Shown here: one piece after another, positions 50,828 through 60,576 of the stretch | Layout of the letters: the number at the start of each line of letters is the position of its first letter | Position numbering within the stretch: the first letter of the stretch is position 1 | Assembly: GCA_044070495.1 (NCBI GenBank) | Contig: JBIPSI010000007.1 | Location: 92,261-156,260 of the forward strand | Direction of reading: 5' to 3' | From: Spirulina sp. | GTDB taxonomy: Bacteria > Cyanobacteriota > Cyanobacteriia > Phormidesmidales > Phormidesmidaceae | DNA length: 64,000 bases | Notes under the pieces: model-generated | Seen by the model: only the letters and a program-made list of their open reading frames with translations | Database searches by the model: none | Told to the model about the DNA's origin: nothing | Translations under genes and position numbers: made by a program

Positions 50828-51265
50828 ATGACCATCGACACCGCCGTCACTCGGCACCACCAACAGATCCTCACCCTCCGCAGCCAGGGCAAAGCGCTCC
50901 TGCGGTTTACGTCCCAGGTGCAGGAAGTGGTGCGGGCATCGGGGGTAACGACAGGGCTGTGTACGGTGTTTTTGCGCCACACCTCCGCCAGCTTGATCAT
51001 TCAAGAAAACGCCGACCCAGACGTGCTGGCGGATTTGGAAACCTTCCTCTCGCGGCTGGTGCCGGAGGGCAACCACTATCGCCACAGCACCGAAGGCCCC
51101 GACGACATGCCCGCCCACATTCGCACCGTGCTTACCCACACCTCAGAGACCATCCCCATCGTGCAGGGGCGGCTGGCCCTAGGCACTTGGCAGGGGCTCT
51201 ACCTGTGGGAGCACCGGGCGCGGGGTTCGGCCCGTGAGGTGGTGGTGCATGTGACGGGCTACTAG
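50828..51265 (+). CDS. YjbQ (UPF0047) family protein
   Basis: HTSASLIIQEN, YRHSTEGPDDMPAHIR, LGTWQG. Confidence 0.93.
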   Translation: MTIDTAVTRHHQQILTLRSQGKALLRFTSQVQEVVRASGVTTGLCTVFLRHTSASLIIQENADPDVLADLETFLSRLVPEGNHYRHSTEGPDDMPAHIRTVLTHTSETIPIVQGRLALGTWQGLYLWEHRARGSAREVVVHVTGY

Positions 51266-51325
51266 GCTGGAGGATAAACCGTACTGCGTTGGCCACCGTT
51301 AGATAACGTTAGGCCTGAGAAACCG

Positions 51326-51885
51326 TCAATCCTCTGGGCTGTTGGCCCCTTCATTCGATTCTTGATCCAACACCTGCTGATACTCCTCAAGCTGCGCCAG
51401 GGCCAGGGCTATTGCTTGTCGGTGGTCGTCGGTGGGGTCGAGTTGATACCGGATTTGCGCCGCAAGGCATCGTACTTGGAGTCGATCTCGTCGAGTTTCT
51501 CGTTCACGCGCCTCTGCCTCTCTTTCCGCTGCTTCGCGATCTCGTCGAGCCTCGCGTTCTCTTGCTTCAGCCTCGCGTTCTCTTGCTTCAGCCAGGCGGT
51601 TTGTTTCTCGTTCGCGAAGCGTGTCTTTAGACAATTTCGACGGTTCCACTCAACGCCGAAATTAACCAATGTAGCCAGGAGGGCTGCCACGGTGAATCGG
51701 TTACTCCAGAGTCGGGGGTTGGCGATAAATCCGAGGAGGGGGAAATCTTGGACATCGTAGAACCGCAGAAAGGCAATGGCGAGGGTGAGCACGGCCAGGG
51801 TGGTGGCAGGCAGCAGCGATAGAAAATTCAGCCAAACTTGGGGGTTGAATAGTCCCATTTTAGCGGAGGTGTTTTGCTGCCCCAT
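51326..51885 (-). pseudogene. Membrane + coiled-coil protein gene frameshifted by a 23-nt insertion
   Basis: Removing 51611-51633 joins ...GVEWNRRN to RETNRLAEARERE... in one frame. Confidence 0.75.
51611..51633. mobile_element. SDR-like very small dispersed repeat (ttcgcgaagcg + TGTC-TTTA-GACA hairpin)
   Basis: Precise excision restores the frame; inserted between CG and AT. Confidence 0.65.
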
Positions 51886-51985
51886 TGTACTCACCCCACA
51901 GAACCGCGTTTTGGGGCCTGGGTCGCCTGTAATGTGGATGGGGGCGTACCTAGAGGTTGGGGGACTACCGACCAAAGTTAGCGAT

Positions 51986-52060
51986 CCCCCTAAATCCCCC
52001 TTAAAAAGGGGGACTTTGAAGCGGACTCAGACCCCCCTTTTTAAGGGGGGCAGGGGGGAT
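51986..52060. repeat. REP-like hairpin pair (cccccttaaaaaggggg type)
   Basis: atccccctaaatcccccttaaaaaggggg...ccccctttttaagggggg...ggggggat; related unit at about 55950. Confidence 0.65.
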
Positions 52061-52148
52061 ACCCCAACCGTGGCATATGCCCTCGTGGGTGGGCTAACCC
52101 AGAAACCGGGTTTTTCGTCATACTGTAGCGAGGCTCTAGACTAGGGCT

Positions 52149-53138
52149 GTGACTACCGATCCTAGAAATAACGCTTCTGTGACTTCCGACTCCTTCGATT
52201 CCTTTGACCCGCTGAGTTTTAGCACCATCCCCACGCCGCCGGAGGGGTTCAAATCGGGCTTTGTGGGCATTGTGGGGCGGCCCAATGTGGGCAAATCGAC
52301 CCTGATGAACGCCCTGGTGGGACAAAAGGTGGCGATTACCTCCCCCACGGCGCAAACCACCCGCAACCGTCTGCGGGGCATTCTGTCTAACGACCAGGCC
52401 CAAATTATTTTTGTGGACACCCCCGGCATCCACAAGCCCCACCATGAGTTAGGCAAAATTCTGGTCAAAAACGCCCGCATGGCCATCGATGCCGTGGATG
52501 CCACCCTGTTTGTGGTGGATGGCAGCGTGGCGGCGGGCCGGGGAGATGAGTTTGTCGCTTCCCTACTGGCCCCCAGTGCGGTGCCCGTGATTTTGGGCCT
52601 CAATAAAATCGACCAGCAGCCCGCCGAAGAGGCCGAAGCCATCGATGCCAGCTACCAGGCCATGGCCGATACCCACGGTTGGCCCCTGGTGAAGTTTTCC
52701 GCCCTCCACGAGCAGCAGCTCGATACCCTGCTGCAAACCCTGATCGAACGCCTCGACCCTGGCCCCTACTACTACCCCCCCGACCTGGTGACCGACCAGC
52801 CAGAGCGGTTCATCATGGGCGAACTGATCCGCGAACAAATTCTGCTCCACACCCGCGAAGAGGTGCCCCACTCTGTCGCCATCGCCATCGACCGAGTGGA
52901 GGAGGACACCACCATCACCCGCATCCTCGCCACCATCCACGTCGAGCGCGACTCCCAAAAGGGCATTTTGATTGGCAAGCGGGGCAGTATGCTGAAAACC
53001 ATCGGCTCCGAGGCCCGCCAGCAAATCCAAAAGCTGGTGATGGGACAGGTTTACCTAGAACTGTTCGTCAAAGTGGTGCCCAAGTGGCGACAATCCCGCA
53101 GCCGCCTGGAAGACTTTGGCTATCGCGTGGAGGAGTAG
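52149..53138 (+). CDS. era: GTPase Era
   Basis: [27 protein letters not shown]-domain REEVPHS. Confidence 0.96.
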   Translation: MTTDPRNNASVTSDSFDSFDPLSFSTIPTPPEGFKSGFVGIVGRPNVGKSTLMNALVGQKVAITSPTAQTTRNRLRGILSNDQAQIIFVDTPGIHKPHHELGKILVKNARMAIDAVDATLFVVDGSVAAGRGDEFVASLLAPSAVPVILGLNKIDQQPAEEAEAIDASYQAMADTHGWPLVKFSALHEQQLDTLLQTLIERLDPGPYYYPPDLVTDQPERFIMGELIREQILLHTREEVPHSVAIAIDRVEEDTTITRILATIHVERDSQKGILIGKRGSMLKTIGSEARQQIQKLVMGQVYLELFVKVVPKWRQSRSRLEDFGYRVEE

Positions 53139-53141
53139 CCC

Positions 53142-53879
53142 ATGGTGCCCCCCGCCCCGCCGCCCCCGGCTCTGCTCACCCAGGTGGCGCGACTATTTCC
53201 AGAGGCGCTGTTCTATGCCCCCACCCAGCAGCGCCAGATTGCCCTCACCATCGACGACATCCCCACACCGGGCGACCAAGACGACGCCTCCACCCGCCTC
53301 ATCCTCGCCGCCCTAGAGAGCTATAACCGCACCGCCAAACACCCTGTGCGGGCCACCTTTTTTGTGATTACTGACCACCTCAATCCGGGCAGCACCATCC
53401 TGACCGACATCCTGGCGGCGGGCCACGAAATCGCCAACCACGGCACCACCGACACCACCCCAGCCATCCTCCAACCCGCCGAGTTTGAACGCCACTTCCG
53501 CGAAGCCCACGACCTGATCACCGACACCACCCAGCAGCCGATCCGCTGGTACCGCCCTGGGCGCGGCTTCTATAACCGGGCCATGGTGGAACACCTGAAG
53601 CTCACTCCAGGCTACGAATCCCTCGTCGCCCTCGCCTCCATGGTGCCCTTCGACACCTTCCAGCCCCTCAGCACCCCTACCCTCAACAAATGGTACCTAT
53701 CGCGGTTCATCTTTCCGGGAGCGATTTTTGTCATGCACGGCGGGTCGATGGAACGCTGTCTGCAAACCGCCCAAGCCCTACCGCCCCTGCTCAAACTCAT
53801 GGAACGCCAGGGCTACCAAGTCGGCACCCTCTCCGCCCTCTACGACAACCTCGTCGCCGAGTCGCCTCCATCCCAGTGA
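53142..53879 (+). CDS. Polysaccharide deacetylase (CE4)
   Basis: LTIDD, ATFF, HEIANH, YRPG, MHGG. Confidence 0.88.
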   Translation: MVPPAPPPPALLTQVARLFPEALFYAPTQQRQIALTIDDIPTPGDQDDASTRLILAALESYNRTAKHPVRATFFVITDHLNPGSTILTDILAAGHEIANHGTTDTTPAILQPAEFERHFREAHDLITDTTQQPIRWYRPGRGFYNRAMVEHLKLTPGYESLVALASMVPFDTFQPLSTPTLNKWYLSRFIFPGAIFVMHGGSMERCLQTAQALPPLLKLMERQGYQVGTLSALYDNLVAESPPSQ

Positions 53880-53942
53880 CGCAACATGGCTCAGTCTTCT
53901 GCCCCTAGCCCTGTCCTTAAAAGCATAGAAAAACTCAGTTAA

Positions 53943-54120
53943 CCTGAGTTCGGGATAAAACAAACGCTGCAATCTTGGGAAACCTGCTTCCAGCTTGCAC
54001 CTCAGCCCTCACCCTAAATCCCTCTCCCTACGGGAGAGGGACTTTGAACCTTCTAGCTCCCCTCTCCTCCCTGGGAGAGGGGCTGGGGGTGAGGGCCACT
54101 ATGTTTAACCCGAACTGAGG
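53943..54120. mobile_element. MITE family C, 178 bp, TTAA-flanked, REP cargo
   Basis: CCTGAGTTCGGGATAAA...TTTAACCCGAACTGAGG (17-bp TIR, 2 mismatches), TTAA on both sides. Confidence 0.75.
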
Positions 54121-54220
54121 TTAAGTTAACTATTAATGTTTCGTTAGATATGGCTATTTTTGGAGGCAGGTAGCGGTTGAATGAGACTAACCACCTACGC
54201 CATTCCCATGGGCTATCTCT

Positions 54221-55378
54221 ATGAAACCTAAATTGCTGCTGATGGCCATGGTGTTGCTGCTGACAGCGTGCGATGGCTTAGAGGCAAGGCAAGGGGCAGA
54301 TTCCCCTGTTGCAGAGGCAGGAGAGAAGGGTACCCTCTCAACGCCCGAATCTAGCGGCCACAGTGCGATCCGCAACGATCCGGAGTCTACCCAGATCGAT
54401 CAGTGGATGGCGCAGGATGAACCTGGCCCCGGCGGGGTGGTGATGGTGGTTCAGTCTGGCGAGATTGTTCATCAACAGGGCTATGGGCTGGCCGATGTGG
54501 ATCAGGGCATTCCCATCACCCCAGAGACCCGGTTCCATCTCGGCTCCGTGGGTAAGCAGTTTACCGCCATGGGCGTGTTGATGCTGGTGGATCAAGGACA
54601 AGTGGCCTTGGATGACCCGATCAGCGCCCACATTCCTGAGTTGGATTGGATGGATGAGGGGGTGACGGTGCGCCGCCTGCTGCACCATACCTCTGGCGTG
54701 ATGGGATACGACGATAGCGACGACATCTATGATGCGCTGCTGAACTCGTCTTCCACCCCTGGCAACGAGGATGTGGTGACGGCCATCTCGCAATTCCAAG
54801 AGATGTTGTTTGATCCGGGCGAGGAGTTCCATTACAGCAACACGGGCTACGACCTGCTAGGCCTGCTGATTGAGCGTATCTCCGGCCAAACCTATGGCCA
54901 ATTTATGGAGGACTCCATCTTTGCGCCCCTAGGCATGAGAAATACCTTTGCCCTGCCCAGCGACGAGCGTTTTGGCCCATCGGTGGCCCAGAGCTATGAC
55001 GCAGATGGCCCCTACGAACCGGATATTTTGGACAACGTGAATGGCTCCGGCAGCCTCTATTCCACCCTGGGCGACCTGTATCTATACAATCAGGCCTGGT
55101 CTACCGAAACCCTAGTGAGTCAGGACTTGCTGGCGGAGATGGTGACGTCAGGAACCCTGCGCAATGGCGAGGAAACCGACTATGGCTTTGGGGTTGAGGT
55201 CTATACCTACGGTGACTATGACTATGTGGCCCATCAAGGGGCTTGGCTGGGTTTTGACAGCTACTATCTACGTTTTCCTGAGGAAAGCCTGACTATCGTG
55301 GTGCTGCTCAACCTAGACTATGCCGAGCAGGATGCGGAAACGATGGCGTTTGCGATTGCCGATTTGTATTTACCCTAA
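54221..55378 (+). CDS. Serine hydrolase (class C beta-lactamase/PBP-like) lipoprotein
   Basis: Lipobox LTAC, SVGK, YSNTGY, HQG. Confidence 0.9.
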   Translation: MKPKLLLMAMVLLLTACDGLEARQGADSPVAEAGEKGTLSTPESSGHSAIRNDPESTQIDQWMAQDEPGPGGVVMVVQSGEIVHQQGYGLADVDQGIPITPETRFHLGSVGKQFTAMGVLMLVDQGQVALDDPISAHIPELDWMDEGVTVRRLLHHTSGVMGYDDSDDIYDALLNSSSTPGNEDVVTAISQFQEMLFDPGEEFHYSNTGYDLLGLLIERISGQTYGQFMEDSIFAPLGMRNTFALPSDERFGPSVAQSYDADGPYEPDILDNVNGSGSLYSTLGDLYLYNQAWSTETLVSQDLLAEMVTSGTLRNGEETDYGFGVEVYTYGDYDYVAHQGAWLGFDSYYLRFPEESLTIVVLLNLDYAEQDAETMAFAIADLYLP

Positions 55379-55439
55379 GAGGATACAGCCGCTCCAGCCT
55401 CGACTTCGGGGGCAGCGCCTCCTTACCCAGGGGAGCAGG

Positions 55440-55847
55440 TTAGTCGCCCTGGGTGGGGGATTCGCGCATAGTGACCGTCCCCGTATCCACGGCTTGGCCA
55501 TCGCGGGAGAGGGTGCAGGTATCGCTACCGTTGGGGATAAACAACTCCCACTGATTCTCGCCCAGAACATTGCTGTAGGTGTGGCCTTCGGGGTTGGGTT
55601 CTCGCTTTACCTCGGTGTTGAGAAAGACGACACGATCTGCGCGGTAATAGAGCCGCATAGTGAGCGGGCTACCCGATTCAGGATCGCCGGGATAGTAGAT
55701 GTTAATGGCGTAGGCATCACCGTCGCAGTAGGCAATGCTGAAATCGGCCTGGGCAGGGCGTTCTATTAGGCTCAGGCTAGCCAAGGTGCCAGCGGCCACG
55801 GCAATGCCTAGGGAAACAGGTTTTAACCAAGATTTGAGGGACAGCAT
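55440..55847 (-). CDS. Hypothetical secreted protein
   Basis: Signal peptide ending AQA; 135 aa. Confidence 0.7.
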   Translation of the reverse strand: MLSLKSWLKPVSLGIAVAAGTLASLSLIERPAQADFSIAYCDGDAYAINIYYPGDPESGSPLTMRLYYRADRVVFLNTEVKREPNPEGHTYSNVLGENQWELFIPNGSDTCTLSRDGQAVDTGTVTMRESPTQGD

Positions 55848-55865
55848 ATCATCTCCAAAATAATA

Positions 55866-56014
55866 TATAGCGGTTCTCGGTTCAGTGAGGTACAGCTTTT
55901 GGGGCTTCAGATCCCCCCAGGTTCTATCTGTAGTCGGTTCATCTTGTACCCCCCTTATTAAGGGGGGATGGGGGGATCTTCACGGTGCACCTCATTCTAG
56001 GGAAATTCGCTATA
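55866..56014. mobile_element. MITE family F (TATAGCG...TGAGGT imperfect TIR, TA ends) with hairpin cargo
   Basis: Left tatagcggttctcggttcagtgaggtaca versus right (reverse complement) tatagcgaatttccctagaatgaggtgca. Confidence 0.5.
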
Positions 56015-56239
56015 GATGTTTCAAATGTGAGCATTAAACCAGATCCCAGGGGTCTAGTTCTAATCAGGCACGTCTTGAGAGAAACCCCACGGCAAACTCC
56101 TGGGATCTTTGGTAACCACGGACTTGACCCTTAAGGGCACATGAACCGACCGTTAATGGTGTTGAAAATCGCACCACCGAGGATGCCCTTTCGCCGTCCG
56201 TAGGGGTGGCTGGCTGCGATTACAGGTGAATGCTGGGCA

Positions 56240-56497
56240 GTGTCCACCCTACTTGAGGAAAAACTTGATTTCGATGACTCCTTTGAAAGCTTACTAGATC
56301 GATTAGCCGTAATGAAGGTCGATTTTATCCCGATTAACATTGCTCATCTAGAAGCCTATATCAACTTACCTGTTCTGTCCGATCACCGAGATCCCTTTGA
56401 TAGAATTCTGATTTCTCAAGCGACGAGACATAATCTAAATTTAGTGAGTGCAGATACAGCCTTTGATGCCTATCCTATTCGGCGGGTATGGGAATGA
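56240..56497 (+). pseudogene. PIN-domain (VapC-like) toxin, N-terminus missing
   Basis: HRDPFDRILISQA...LVSADTAF...W; upstream replaced by a REP-like ggcagtgtccaccctac. Confidence 0.7.
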
Positions 56498-56659
56498 GTA
56501 ACGTAGGGTAGATTCGCAAAGTAATGCACCAATCTTACCCAGCAGGACATTCGCTGGAGGTGGGTGGTGCATGGCGGCAAAATTGGTGCTTGCCACATGG
56601 GCAAAAAAAGTTGGTGCCGCGAATGTACCCTACAGTTTTGGGGGGGTTCCACGGCGATT

Positions 56660-57688
56660 TCAACAAATGCGAGGCAGTTGATCGCCCACCAGACGATCCA
56701 AAATGCGATCACTACCAAAGGCAGTTTTGAGCAGCACAAACCCCACGGGGTCAGCCACTACTTCACCGATGATGTGGCTATCGGTTCCGGCGGGGTGGGC
56801 ACGCATGGCGGCAAGAACGGCCTGGGCCTGATCCGGGGGCACAACGACGACAAGTTTGCCTTCGTTGGCGAGGTACAGCGGGTCAAGACCCAGTAGTTCG
56901 CAAAGTCCCTGAACGGCGGGCCGCACGGGCAGGGCGCTTTCCTGCAAACGAAGGCCCACCTGGGAGCTAACGGCAAATTCATTCAAGACTGTAGCCAGCC
57001 CGCCGCGAGTGGCATCGCGCATGGCCCGCACCTGGGGGCAGACCTTCAGAATCTCGGAGACCAGACCATTCAGGGGTTGGCAGTCGCTTTCGATGGGGCT
57101 TTCTAGGGCTAGATCCGCCCGCGCTACGGTAATCGCTGCCCCGTGGTCGCCTAGGAACCCATTCACCAGCACGATGTCCCCCGGCTGTAGCCGATCCGCT
57201 GAGGGAGCAATTCCCTCCGGCACCCGCCCCACCCCAGCGGTGTTGATAAACAGCTTGTCGGCGCTGCCCCTGGGCACCACCTTAGTGTCTCCGGTAACGA
57301 TCTTCACCCCCGCCGCCGCCGCCGCCTGGGCCATACTTTCCACCACCCGCCGCAGGGTGTCTATAGGCAACCCTTCTTCCAGAATGAAACCACAGGTGAG
57401 GTAGAGGGGGGTTGCGCCTCCCACGGCCAGGTCGTTGACGGTGCCGTTGACGGCCAAGGCTCCAATGTCGCTGCCGGGGAAAAAGAGCGGATCCACCACG
57501 TAGGAATCTGTGGTTAAGGCCAGCCGTCCCCCCGGCCAATCCATCACCGCCTGGTCGTTCAGGGGAGCTAGCAGAGCATTGTCAAACCGCCGCACAAACA
57601 CCTCGGCCACCAAATCGGCCATGGCCTTGCCGCCGCTGCCGTGGGCCAGGGTAATGCAAGTTTCCCGCTGTGTTTTTGCCAAACCCAT
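56660..57688 (-). CDS. hypE: Hydrogenase maturation protein HypE
   Basis: LAHGSGG, TTDSYVVDPLFFPG, RDATRGG, C-terminal QLPRIC. Confidence 0.96.
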   Translation of the reverse strand: MGLAKTQRETCITLAHGSGGKAMADLVAEVFVRRFDNALLAPLNDQAVMDWPGGRLALTTDSYVVDPLFFPGSDIGALAVNGTVNDLAVGGATPLYLTCGFILEEGLPIDTLRRVVESMAQAAAAAGVKIVTGDTKVVPRGSADKLFINTAGVGRVPEGIAPSADRLQPGDIVLVNGFLGDHGAAITVARADLALESPIESDCQPLNGLVSEILKVCPQVRAMRDATRGGLATVLNEFAVSSQVGLRLQESALPVRPAVQGLCELLGLDPLYLANEGKLVVVVPPDQAQAVLAAMRAHPAGTDSHIIGEVVADPVGFVLLKTAFGSDRILDRLVGDQLPRIC

Positions 57689-57901
57689 CTAGCCCCAATC
57701 CGTACGACGTAAGTTTTAGCATGGCAAGCTGTTTGCCGCTATCGGCCAATTCCTGGGCGTTTCTTAAGATTTTTCGGCCCCTTGCCGGTCTGGCAAACGC
57801 ACGGCGGTGTTCCCCTACCCGCAATTGAATCCCTTGGGCGCATGGCGATGCGCCCCTACGGCATGGGGGATAATGCTGGTGTCTGTGTTTGCCCTTGGTT
57901 T

Positions 57902-58447
57902 ATGAACCTACCCACCTGGATTACCGTGTCGCGCCTGCTGGGGGTGCCGTTGATTTTGATGTTGCTCATCCAGCCCACCCCCTACGAACGGTGGATTGCG
58001 GCGGGGATTTTTTTGCTGGCGGCGGGAACAGACTGGCTGGATGGCTACCTAGCCCGCAAGCTGGATCAGGTGACGGAGTTGGGGAAATTTCTCGACCCGC
58101 TGGTAGATAAGCTGCTGGTATTGGCTCCGCTGCTGGTGTTGGTGGAACTCAATCAGGTGCCCGCCTGGGGGGTGTTTTTAATTGTGGCCCGCGAAATCAC
58201 CATTGCCGGATGGCGGGTAAATCCAGCAATGCAGAGCGGTGGGGTGCCGGGGGCCAACCTCTGGGGCAAAGCCAAAACCGTGGTGCAGATTGCCGCAATT
58301 ACGGCCCTAATTGCGCCCCTACCGGAGGCGTTTGTGCTGCCGAGCCAGATCCTCTTTTGGCTAGCGGTGGCCCTCACCTTGGTGTCGGGTCTGTTATATC
58401 TACTGCCTGCCCTGCGTGCTCCCAACGATGGCCTAGACACGCCGTGA
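57902..58447 (+). CDS. pgsA: CDP-diacylglycerol--glycerol-3-phosphate 3-phosphatidyltransferase
   Basis: MNLPTWIT, TDWLDGYLARK, GKFLDPLVDK. Confidence 0.95.
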   Translation: MNLPTWITVSRLLGVPLILMLLIQPTPYERWIAAGIFLLAAGTDWLDGYLARKLDQVTELGKFLDPLVDKLLVLAPLLVLVELNQVPAWGVFLIVAREITIAGWRVNPAMQSGGVPGANLWGKAKTVVQIAAITALIAPLPEAFVLPSQILFWLAVALTLVSGLLYLLPALRAPNDGLDTP

Positions 58448-58476
58448 TCTTTGTAGGCAGGTACCCTTTCATCTAA

Positions 58477-58598
58477 GAGGGCGTTTTGCTTCAGGTGCGG
58501 TTGGTCGCTAGATCGGTGCAAATCTACGGGATTTTTGACGACTGAGGCTGACCTCATCGGTATAACTTGGGACACGCTTCAGCCTTTCAAACATCCTC
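58477..58598. mobile_element. MITE family D, second copy (inverted, one TIR partly deleted)
   Basis: TAA at 58474-76 and 58599-601; reverse complement of 42362-42492. Confidence 0.8.
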
Positions 58599-58713
58599 TA
58601 AACGGGCTTTGGCTCCGACATTCCGCAGGTTGACCAATAATTTTCGACTTTTATTGGTATAACAGCCAAACAAATTTTTAGCTGGTTAAAAATGAAAGCA
58701 GAGTGAATAATCG

Positions 58714-58843
58714 CTGGTTGACTGACAAAACTTGCGAGAACCCAGATCCGCCAAGAGGTCAGGAGACCTGACCCCTACATTATCCAAATCTTGTAGGGGC
58801 GCGGTTTCCGCGTCCGACGCAGGATCTTTTGTCAGTCAACCAG
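58714..58843. mobile_element. MITE family A, second copy (inverted)
   Basis: Perfect TIRs, TSD GAATAATCG; about 3 mismatches to the 22830 copy. Confidence 0.9.
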
Positions 58844-58876
58844 GAATAATCGTGTTTCGAGAATCCCATCCTACTG

Positions 58877-59059
58877 ATGAAAATTAATATAGAAATTGAC
58901 GAATCTCTCATGGCCGATGCCCTGCAAGCCACTGGCCTAACCGCAACCGATCAGGTCATTGAGCTAGCCCTAACCCTACTCATTCAAATGAAGCGCCAAG
59001 AAGACATCAGAGCTTTTCGTGGCAAGCTCTTCTGGGATGGCGGTCTGACAGCAGGCTAG
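58877..59059 (+). CDS. VapB-type antitoxin (orphan, possibly truncated)
   Basis: MKINIEIDESLMADALQATG...VIELAL...RGKLFWDG; no toxin follows. Confidence 0.7.
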   Translation: MKINIEIDESLMADALQATGLTATDQVIELALTLLIQMKRQEDIRAFRGKLFWDGGLTAG

Positions 59060-59104
59060 TACATTGGGTGGGGCAAAGACCCAGTGCTACAGTAATGCAA
59101 GCCT

Positions 59105-60523
59105 TTGATCGACACCGCCATGGCATTTTCCATTGATGACGCGACAGCCCGTTTAGATGAACTTTGCGCCACCTGGGGCAAGCGGGTAGATTATCTGGCG
59201 ATTCGCCTCGAACAGTCGGAGGGTACGGATATCTTTTTGCGGGGCGGCACCATCGAAACCCTGAGCGAGGGCATGGCCATCGGGGGCCATGTTCGGGCCT
59301 GCTACAAGGGCGGTTGGGGCTTTGCCAGCTTTAATGATTTAGCCGAATTGGCCACCCAGGTGGAGGAAGCGGTGGCGGCGGCGCGACTGGTGGGGCAAGA
59401 CGAAACCCTGCTGGCTCCCATTGATCCGGTGCAGGTGGTGCAGCGCCTCCCCCTCGCGGGCACCGACCCGCGCCATATTCCCCTAGTTCACAAGAAAGAT
59501 CTCTGCCGTCACTATGCGGATCTGCTGCAAAGCATTGACGACCGCATCACCACCTCCTCCGTGCGCTATAGCGACACCACTCAGCGCGTGCTGCTGGTCA
59601 CCTCCGAGGGTAGCCACATTGATCAGTCTTGGTCGGATATGGAGATGCGCTTTGCCGCCACCGCCCGCGATGCCGACAGGGTGCAGACAGGGCGAGAAAC
59701 CACGGGTTCCCGCCGCGCCTACGAGGATCTAGAGGGGTTGGATCAACAGGTGATGGACTCCGCCCGGCGTGCGATTGCCGCCCTGGATCTGCCCACCGTG
59801 CGCGGATCCGCCTACGAAGTAGTGATCGACCCGATTTTGACCGGGCTGTTTGTCCACGAAGCCTTTGGCCACCTCTCCGAGGCCGACATGGCCTACGAAA
59901 ACCCTGACCTCCTGGAGGCCATGAGCATGGGCCGCCGCTTTGGCCCAGAGGCGCTGCAAATCTTTGATGGGGCCGCTCCCCAGGGCCATCGAGGCAGCTA
60001 TTTCTACGACGACGAAGGCACCCCCGCCACCACCACCCAACTGATCCAAGATGGCGTGCTGGTGGGGCGGCTGCATTCCCGCGAAACCGCAGGCAAGCTA
60101 GGGGAAGCTCCTACCGGAAACGCCCGCTGCCTGAACTACCACTACTCACCCCTAGTGCGGATGACCAACACCTGGATTGAGCGCGGCACCACCCCCGTCA
60201 ACGATCTCTTTGCCGACATCAAGGAAGGGGTCTACGCCCGCAACTGGCTGGAGGGCATGACCAACGGCGAAATGTTCACCTTCACCGCCGGAGAAGCCTG
60301 GATGATTCGCAACGGCGAACTGGCGGAACCCGTGCGGGATGTCACCCTGTCGGGCAACGTGTTTCGCACCCTGGCCGACATTGTGGCCATCGGCGACGAT
60401 TTCTACTGGGACGAGTCGGGCGGCTGCGGCAAGGGAGGCCAAAACGGCTTGCCTGTAGGCTGCGGTGGCCCCAGTCTGCGGATTAAAAACGTCGTTGTGG
60501 GCGGCGAAGCTGAAGATTGGTAG
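59105..60523 (+). CDS. tldD: TldD/PmbA family metalloprotease
   Basis: HEAFGH, DDEG, RMTNT, CGK; alternative ATG at 59120. Confidence 0.9.
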   Translation: MIDTAMAFSIDDATARLDELCATWGKRVDYLAIRLEQSEGTDIFLRGGTIETLSEGMAIGGHVRACYKGGWGFASFNDLAELATQVEEAVAAARLVGQDETLLAPIDPVQVVQRLPLAGTDPRHIPLVHKKDLCRHYADLLQSIDDRITTSSVRYSDTTQRVLLVTSEGSHIDQSWSDMEMRFAATARDADRVQTGRETTGSRRAYEDLEGLDQQVMDSARRAIAALDLPTVRGSAYEVVIDPILTGLFVHEAFGHLSEADMAYENPDLLEAMSMGRRFGPEALQIFDGAAPQGHRGSYFYDDEGTPATTTQLIQDGVLVGRLHSRETAGKLGEAPTGNARCLNYHYSPLVRMTNTWIERGTTPVNDLFADIKEGVYARNWLEGMTNGEMFTFTAGEAWMIRNGELAEPVRDVTLSGNVFRTLADIVAIGDDFYWDESGGCGKGGQNGLPVGCGGPSLRIKNVVVGGEAEDW

Positions 60524-60530
60524 GCACCCA

Positions 60531-60560
60531 GCCCCCCGGTTTCTTCAAGAAACCGGGGGG
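60531..60560. terminator. Hairpin between convergent tldD and adenosine deaminase genes
   Basis: ccccccggtttctt-c-aagaaaccgggggg; related aaacccggtttct units near 10480-10550 and 52100. Confidence 0.55.
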
Positions 60561-60576
60561 CTCTCTAACGAGTGAC

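Noticed and set aside
56090-56240. Possible group II intron or riboswitch before the PIN fragment
   Set aside because: No domain V consensus or aptamer motif; the hairpins match REP-like units.
38482-57688. A linked metal-cofactor system joining hypAB, hypE and the NHase island
   Set aside because: The genes are separated by unrelated housekeeping loci, and scattered hyp genes are known in cyanobacteria.
57582-57824. 80-aa ORF overlapping the hypE start
   Set aside because: Different frame from hypE and no motif recognised; hypE is complete from ATG 57688.
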